Below, piece by piece: positions 56,598 to 64,000 of a stretch of DNA of 64,000 nt. Position 1 is the first letter of the stretch; each line of letters begins with the position of its first letter. The DNA is from Chrysomallon squamiferum. Lineage: Eukaryota > Animalia > Mollusca. The stretch lies in contig CM022678.1 in assembly GCA_012295275.1 (NCBI GenBank), positions 7,750,001 to 7,814,000 on the forward strand, read 5' to 3'. The translations under genes and the position numbers were made by a program. The notes under the pieces were generated by a model. The model did no database searches. It was given only the letters and a program-made list of their open reading frames with translations, and was not told the DNA's origin.

Positions 56598-59500
56598 TAA
56601 CTAATTAGTAAATACATTATTTGCAAACACATATTTTAGATTATATTAATGAGCTGCATGTTGAGAAATGTACAAATTTATAAAAATGAAGACAGATTTA
56701 AAATAATACAAAAATAAACTTTCTTATGAAAACTACTTATTTATATAGCAATGTACATGATGTTAGACATAAAAATATATTAAATATGTGCTTACTTATA
56801 AAAGTATTTATTTATGTAGCAATACCTACTATGACAGTTTAAAATATTAAATATGTATACTCACTTATAAAACCTATGAATCATTTTATTGGTAATTTCT
56901 TTAGGTCCCACACCACAAATTTTGATAACTTCGTCTGTTTCGGGTGTGAAAGAATATAGAGCCCTGTACTGACATCCTCCATCTCAGAACAGAATTACAA
57001 AGTGTTTAGCATCAGACTTAGCCAGTTCCTAGATACACAAACAAACAAACAAACAAACAAACAAACAAACAAACAAACAAACAAATAAAACAAGCAAACA
57101 AACAAACAAATAAAAACAAAAAAAAAAAAATAAAAAAAAATAAAAAAAATACTGAAATAAAAAAAAAAAAAAAATAAAAAAAAAATAAATAAAAAATAAA
57201 AATACATATTTGGTATTTACATAAAGGATTCAAAAGTAGCTAAAGCTGATTTTGCTTTGCAATAATAACAAATGGTATAAAATTAAAGTCATTACTGATA
57301 AAATTATAGACACTCACACCTATCCTGTAGATTTATTCCACTCTGAGGTATTTCTATAATTCTACAACAATTAATAACAATGATCTGTCAGTGAAAATAC
57401 CTCAGCACGGTGATCAGACTTAGAAATGTATGTTGTCACTGGAACAAAACAAAAACACACAATAATAACAAACAACAGTAAAATACTGTACATTAACAAG
57501 AGTAGGATAAATCAGAAAAAAGAATTAATTCACTTATAAAATCTATCTGTTTCTTATTATTGTTTGTTTTCTTGAAGACAATCAAATACAATGAAAGAAT
57601 AATTCTACAAGAAAATTAAATGAAGTGTATGAGATAGAAGTATGTATTAAGTGTCACCTCTAAAACTTTGTTTTTCAGTCTGTGTTGACGATGCCTGCGA
57701 GACAGCAGTGGCTGATGGTGTTGAGGATGATGTGACGATTAGATTTAGAACTTGGCTTCACGTACAGCTTTGGTCCTGTTCAAACAGAACAACACTGACA
57801 AACTAAACACTGTGATTAATTTAGGATTTAAAAAATGAATAAAGTGTTTTTTTTATAGGTTTAGAAATGTTACTGTCCTATCCTGACTGAAAGAAATTTA
57901 AATATATTTTACAATCTTTTTAATGTGAAAGGATAAGAATGTGTTCAATTTTAAAAATTAAAAAATTCAGTTTCACAATACTGTGAAGCAATTCCTAACA
58001 GTTAAAATGGATAAAAAAAGTAAAAAATATGTGTGCATCTAATATTATATTTTATGATATTCACAGCTACTCATACTGAGAATAACAAAAACAACAATAA
58101 TAAAAGTATTAATAATGATGATGTAGTAATAAATTTGCTTTTAATAATAGAGTTATCTAACCTGAATATTCACCAGCTTCACTTCCATCCATTCTCGGAG
58201 TTCTTCTTCCTAACCGGTACAAGTCTGAAAAAAAAAAAAAAAAAAAAAAAAAAATAAATTAAAACAAATTAGTATTAGCTATAAATCCATAAATAATTAT
58301 GAACTTTGTAAAATAAAAAGTAAGCATCAAGTACATGGTTGTAGGAGAGGTTTATGATGTAATGGAGTTAGACTACAGAATCCTGTTGTCACCACAAATT
58401 GTATAATTTATATTGTTTATGATTAATGTACCTGGAGATGCTGTCACATGACACAAATTTATATTGTTTATGATTAATGTACCTGGAGATGCTGTCACAT
58501 GACACAAATTTATATTGTTTATGATTAATGTACCTGGAGATGGTGTCACATGACACAAATTTATATTGTTTATGATTCACATGACACAAATTTATATTGT
58601 TTATGATTAATGTACCTGGAGATGGTGTCACATGACACAAATTTATATTGTTTATGATTAATGTACCTGGAGATGGAGGTCTTCTGTATGTGGCTCCCCC
58701 TGTCTGCCTGTTTTGTGTAAGTACATTGCAGCAAACTAACAGAAAAACAAAAACAAAACAATTTAAAAGCTTGTGTTATATTACTTGAAATCTCAAAAAC
58801 AATTAATGACATAATGATGGATAAATAAATAAATAAATCAATCAATAAATAATTTTATTTTAAGAAAAAATTAAAAATAGAAAAAGAACAGAACAGAAAA
58901 ATCAAAATACTAATTATATAACAATGAGAGAAAACTTGAAGATGAAAACTGATACTTTTCAAGTTTAATTACAAATAATAATAATGATAATAATATTAAA
59001 CATCAAATAATAATAATAAACGTTAAAAAAATAATTAAAAAAAATTAAAAAGTTGCAAACAAATAAATTATATATTCTACATTATAAATACTACCAGTAA
59101 TAATTAATGCTTTATCTCATCATTAATTTATTGTAACAATTAACCACTTACTAAGTTCAGTAATAAATTTTACATGAAAATTAATTAAACTCTCCAGATA
59201 GTGTTTTGACTGTACATGTATGTAATAACATATATCAATAAATCTTAAACACATACATTTAGCAATGGTTTAATTTAGATTTGACAATAATAATTAGCAG
59301 GGCTTTAAAAATAAGAAAATTAATAAACAAGTGAGCAAGCTAAATTAACCAAAACATAACCTGCAAATAAAGTTTTAAAATAAAATTTCACAGAAAAGAT
59401 AATTTACGATATAACAGCCCTGTAATAATAACTAATATTATAAATCTAGACTGACAATGATGATAATGAAGAGGATTAAAATGGAGACATTTACATGACA

Positions 59501-59928
59501 ATACATGAAGATGTTGTAGATGATAAATCAATTAATCTCTAAATAAATGATGTTATTAAAAATAGAAATAAAAATAATAACAACAAACAAAAAATAAAAA
59601 TAAAAATAAAAATAAAATAAATAAATAAACAAATAATAATAAAATGGTGATTTCTAACTACATTATTTTGATGCATCTTTCTAAATCTACATGGTATAAA
59701 GTCTGCAACTTCTGCTTACATTTATGTGTGCACATTGGCAAATATTAAATAGTCTCTTTTCAATTAAAAATATTTTTAGTATGAGTTAAAAAGTGAAATT
59801 TTTTACTAATGGTATATTTAAAACAATAAATTAATAATCTGATACATAAACAAAAATGTATAACCTGGGTGTTTCATGCAGTAGCATGGTGCTAAAAGCT
59901 TTTAAAAAGCTTTATCAAGTTTATGTGT

Positions 59929-59959
<31 letters not shown>

Positions 59960-60022
59960 TCTGGATAAGCGAATGAAAGTTTTGTAAATATGCAAACAGA
60001 ATTAAACTAAGAGCAGAAAGAC

Positions 60023-60085
<63 letters not shown>

Positions 60086-60807
60086 CAAAAGCAAAAATGG
60101 AAAGAAAAATCTGTAAGGCAAAGAACTGGTTAAAATTTTAAATGAAGGGCTGATGAAAACATATGGATGACTGAATGATAATTATTATGTTTTAAACTGA
60201 TGGATGATGATAATTTTTGTTAATTTTTAACATAAAAGCTGAATATATCTGATGGTCCAAATGGCCTAAATGTATTTTGCATAGTTCATGTTTACTGTTT
60301 TAATTTTTTCTGTTCACCAAAGTGTTTTCTAATAATAAAGTGTATATCAATGAACTTTATAAACAACTTTCTTTGTTTTCATATCTCTGTATCACTTTGA
60401 TATATATATATATATATATATATATGAAACACATTAAACATATTCAGATTGAGTAAATTATCACAAAATGCTGGCATACACTCTGTTACTGATTTCTGTA
60501 TAAAATAATTATGGGTACCAGAAACCACAAAACTATTAGAATACAAAATACATTTAGGATGTTTGTGATTTTCTAGATGTGGATGAGAACAAACCTGCTT
60601 TTCTCATATTGCCGCGAGGTGAACCAATACGAAAGTGAGAAGGATGGGAGGCTGAAACAAGCAAACAAACCAATGCAACAAAAAACAGAAAGAAAACAAA
60701 AGATTGAAAATAAAATAAAGTCAAAAATTCCTTTACCAAAATCATGCAGGAAGCAAATAAGTGACTAACTTTCTTTGGTTGATTTTTTTCTCTGGTTAAT
60801 TATTTTA

Positions 60808-60853
<46 letters not shown>

Positions 60854-63217
60854 CCCATTTGTCACTTTAAATAAATTCAGATTTGAGATCATTCCAAAAC
60901 TTCTTGTACTTTTAAAATGAAAACAATTAAAAGAAAGATAAAAAAAAAGGAAACAAGACTGCATTTATAAGAAAAACAGAAATTAAATAACGTCACTTAT
61001 TTTATTCCTGACATACAGATAAAAAAAAAAAAAAAAAATAAGAAGACACTGTATAGTGTTAGTTTGGTTAAATTCTACTCATTTCTTGCCTTTTTGAAGA
61101 GATTAACAAATTTCTATCTTTTATTAAAGATCAGTGAGATTAAAAACACTTTTCCTTATATCTTTAAAGGTAAATTTTTAAAAGATTTCCAAAACAAAAT
61201 GTGAAGTTTTCATTTTTATGTTGTTCTGTAGAAGATGGATAGGGTAAAAAGAGTTTCTCAGCTGAATCTATTTTAATAGTGACAAAATAACTAAAAGACT
61301 ATTTAATAAAAACTGCATGTACTGAATACATTTTTCTAGTAAAACTAAAATCAAAATGGCTGATCATGTAGTTCTTCAGGTTCAGAACAAAACAGATAAT
61401 CATATATTTTATTTTTCTTATTGATAAAATTAAACTAAATTATAGCAAAGATATAATCTCCTCAAGCAGGCAAGAAATTTCATGAAAGGTGTCAGCATAA
61501 AATCAAGGAAAGTTCCATGATTATTTTTAATCTGTCAGAAGAGAATATTAATCTATTTCTGTTTGGCATAGTATTGTTTTCATATTTTAATAATTAATTC
61601 TGTTTTTTTTTTGTTTTTTTACCTCAAAGTAAAATTATAAATTTAAATTTTGTTTTTATTTTTATTTATTTATTATTTTTTAATGCTTTTCTCTGCATTT
61701 TGATTTTCCTTGCTTCAGTTAGATTTTTTTGATAAACTTTACAAGGAAACTACATCTATAGACAGCTTTATTGTAACTGACAAAGCTTTGAAGCTGTAAA
61801 AGCCAAAGTATTTTGTCTAATCTACAAAATTAATGGAAATTTGAATTCTTATATGCAATGGAGAATACAGATTCATTAGAAAGCATGAAGAGATAAATAA
61901 AAATAAAAGATAAAATTTGTATTGAAATAAAAACATCAACAGAAAAATAAATTTTATGAATATTAGTAATAAGTAATTGTACTAAAAAGAAGAATAAATG
62001 AACAGAAAGAAAATAAAATAATAAAATAAATAAGAGAATAAATTTAATAACATATGTACATTGTACATACAATATTGTAATATAAAGTAGATATCTAATA
62101 TAAAAAGATAATCGGAAATTTTGTATTAGTTTTTCCAGTTAAATAATACCTTATTTAAATTCACAAAATGCAGTCAAATAAACCATCAACTAAATGTTCC
62201 ACAGAGAACAACTACAAATGCACAAAAGAACAGGAAAATAAACACAACAAAAAAAAAAAAAAAAAAAAAAAGAATAGAACAGAAAAACTAGACAAGCAAA
62301 ACCAGCACAAACTTACAACCATAAGGACATGATTTCATACCAAATCCACGAATTGATGTATCGTCCTGTGACCCAACAGAACTTGTGTCTTCCTGATCAG
62401 AGGGTGTCACAAACACAGCCTTCCACAAACACAGACAACACAACTTGTGTCTTCCTGATCAGAGGGTGCAGCCTTCACAAACACAGACTTGGTTGATGTT
62501 CGTTGTGACCCAACACAACTTGTGTCTTCCTGATCAGAGGGTGCAGCCTTCTGTTTCGGTTCTATGGGTGTGTTCCTCCTCCTGTCTTTCAGTTTCTATG
62601 GGTCTAGGCTCTGTTCAGTTCTATGGGTCGCTCTCCTCTGTTTTCCATAGCTTCTTTCTGTCGTTTTTTCTGCAAGTACTGTTCATAAATCTGTTTTCTT
62701 CTCGTCTCTCTCTCTTCTGCTTTCTTCTGTTCTGCATCCTCCTGTTTCAACCTGCAATTAGCACAGTATTGCTATGAATGAATAAATATACAAATGGATA
62801 ATGAAAGCAATCTGGAATTAACAAGTACTAATATGAATGAGTAAATGTACCAGTGGATAATTAATTCAAATTAAAAAGGGAAAAGGTGCAGTCTAGCCAA
62901 ATGGAGTTTCCTTCAATATTCTCTCAAAACAACTATTTTAAATGTTTTTTTTTATATTGACACAACTGATTTGATTTTACACATTCTGAAATTGTTTAAC
63001 TGGAAACATACTAAACACATTTAGATTGTTTTGTTTGTGTATCCATCATAAGTGTATATTAACAAAATAAAAAAACTCAGCAAGTTTCTATCATTTACTC
63101 AGTGTTGTACAGTAGTAATACTATTCAAATAAATGTCATTTCATTTACTATGATTAGTAAAGGAATCCATTATTCAGATTTCCCAAAGGACAATACATTT
63201 AACATACATACATACAT

Positions 63218-63259
<42 letters not shown>

Positions 63260-63508
63260 ACTGGACAGTATTTGGTGGCAAAAAAGAGCTATAAATAAAA
63301 ACTATAATCAAACATTTTACTACTACTCTTCATAATATGTGTGAAAGTAAATTTACTAATTTTTTTAATTGATCATTTACCTCTCTCTTTCTCTCTGTTC
63401 CATTAATTCCATTTCTTTTTCCAGTCTTTGTCTTTCCTGTTCTTCTTTTCTCTTCATCTGTCTCTCCACCAGTCTGTCTTTCTTTGACATCATTTCCTGT
63501 TCACTGGT
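56001..63508 (-). pseudogene. CAMSAP: CAMSAP/Patronin unprocessed pseudogene, copy B (3' half; 5' part outside the window)
   Basis: Exons: 63381-63508, 62341-62751, ~60594-60651, ~58666-58736, 58162-58224, 57658-57775 (PKLYVKPSSKSNRHIILNTISHCCLAGIVNTD*), 56865-57028 (ELAKSDAKHFVILF*DGGCQYRALYSFTPETDEVIKICGVGPKEITNKMIHRFYK), 56001-56131 (YNSGAKSFT/frameshift/SKHLSVSIDAVVIHNSLWK). Complete but disabled CKK domain. Confidence 0.93.
58400..58676 (-). repeat. 51-bp minisatellite in copy B (5 donor-bearing units plus 1 truncated unit)
   Basis: GTACCTGGAGATG at 58428, 58479, 58530, 58612 and 58663. Confidence 0.93.
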
Positions 63509-64000
63509 CTGAAATGTTTATCAACATAAAGTTGTAAGAGTAACCTTTAACAAAAAATTAACATGTAAAAAGAAAAATAATAATAATAAAAAATAACTTA
63601 CCCCTTCTCTGAAATAAAAACCATTGTAAATAATAACAAGAACAGAAGAAAAAATGTCTATCTCCCAAATTAAAAGATCTGGATATCTGTTTTAATATCT
63701 ACATTAACATACACATTTTATTATGAACGTTTTGTGTAGTGAATTTTGCATGTATCTGTAAGCATATTTATAATCCCTATCTGTATGAATGTTTAATGCA
63801 GACAGTATGCAAAATCTGTTTCTTACATACACAAAACTTTATAAGAGAAATATTAAACTGCTCACTCTGTTAAAGCCCAAGACTGATTCATCTAAAACAT
63901 ATCCTATTCCTGTGGTAGCTGTGTTGTATGATGCGGTGCACATTTCTGCAAACAGTGGACATTGTTGTATCTTTCATCAAAATTTGTTGTCTTGGATTCT

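Noticed and set aside
40404-56986. In-frame TGA codons in Patronin (40404, 49909, 56984) as selenocysteine, readthrough or a variant genetic code
   Set aside because: They fit CGA>TGA CpG decay (the CKK site is a conserved Arg), and the same copies carry frameshifts and exon deletions.

Overview
AT-rich, intron-containing animal genomic DNA, dense in microsatellites; the TRIM-NHL type and SINE remnants suggest a gastropod mollusc (inference). There are two 200-N gaps, at 24684-24883 and 50686-50885. I found no intact protein-coding gene, and almost all ORFs in the supplied track are simple-repeat artefacts. The window holds: (1) a RING/coiled-coil/NHL (TRIM-like) gene broken by small tandem duplications, 7060-9113 (+); (2) an LRR gene remnant (-); (3) a long decayed multi-exon gene on the minus strand, weakly SPIDR-like, whose intron contains an ankyrin-repeat remnant split by a degenerate RNase H-bearing LINE; (4) two tail-to-tail inverted, intron-retaining CAMSAP/Patronin pseudogene copies (~40.2-50.7 kb + and 55.8-64 kb -) that share disabling mutations; (5) a second inverted duplication, 20-2710 vs 24884-27485; (6) many minisatellites, one of which multiplies an in-frame splice donor 11 times. 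I see no convincing novel biological system. The best leads are the in-frame donor array, the palindromic Patronin pair, and the decayed state of the whole region. Protein family calls come from manual translation and remembered consensus motifs, not from database searches.
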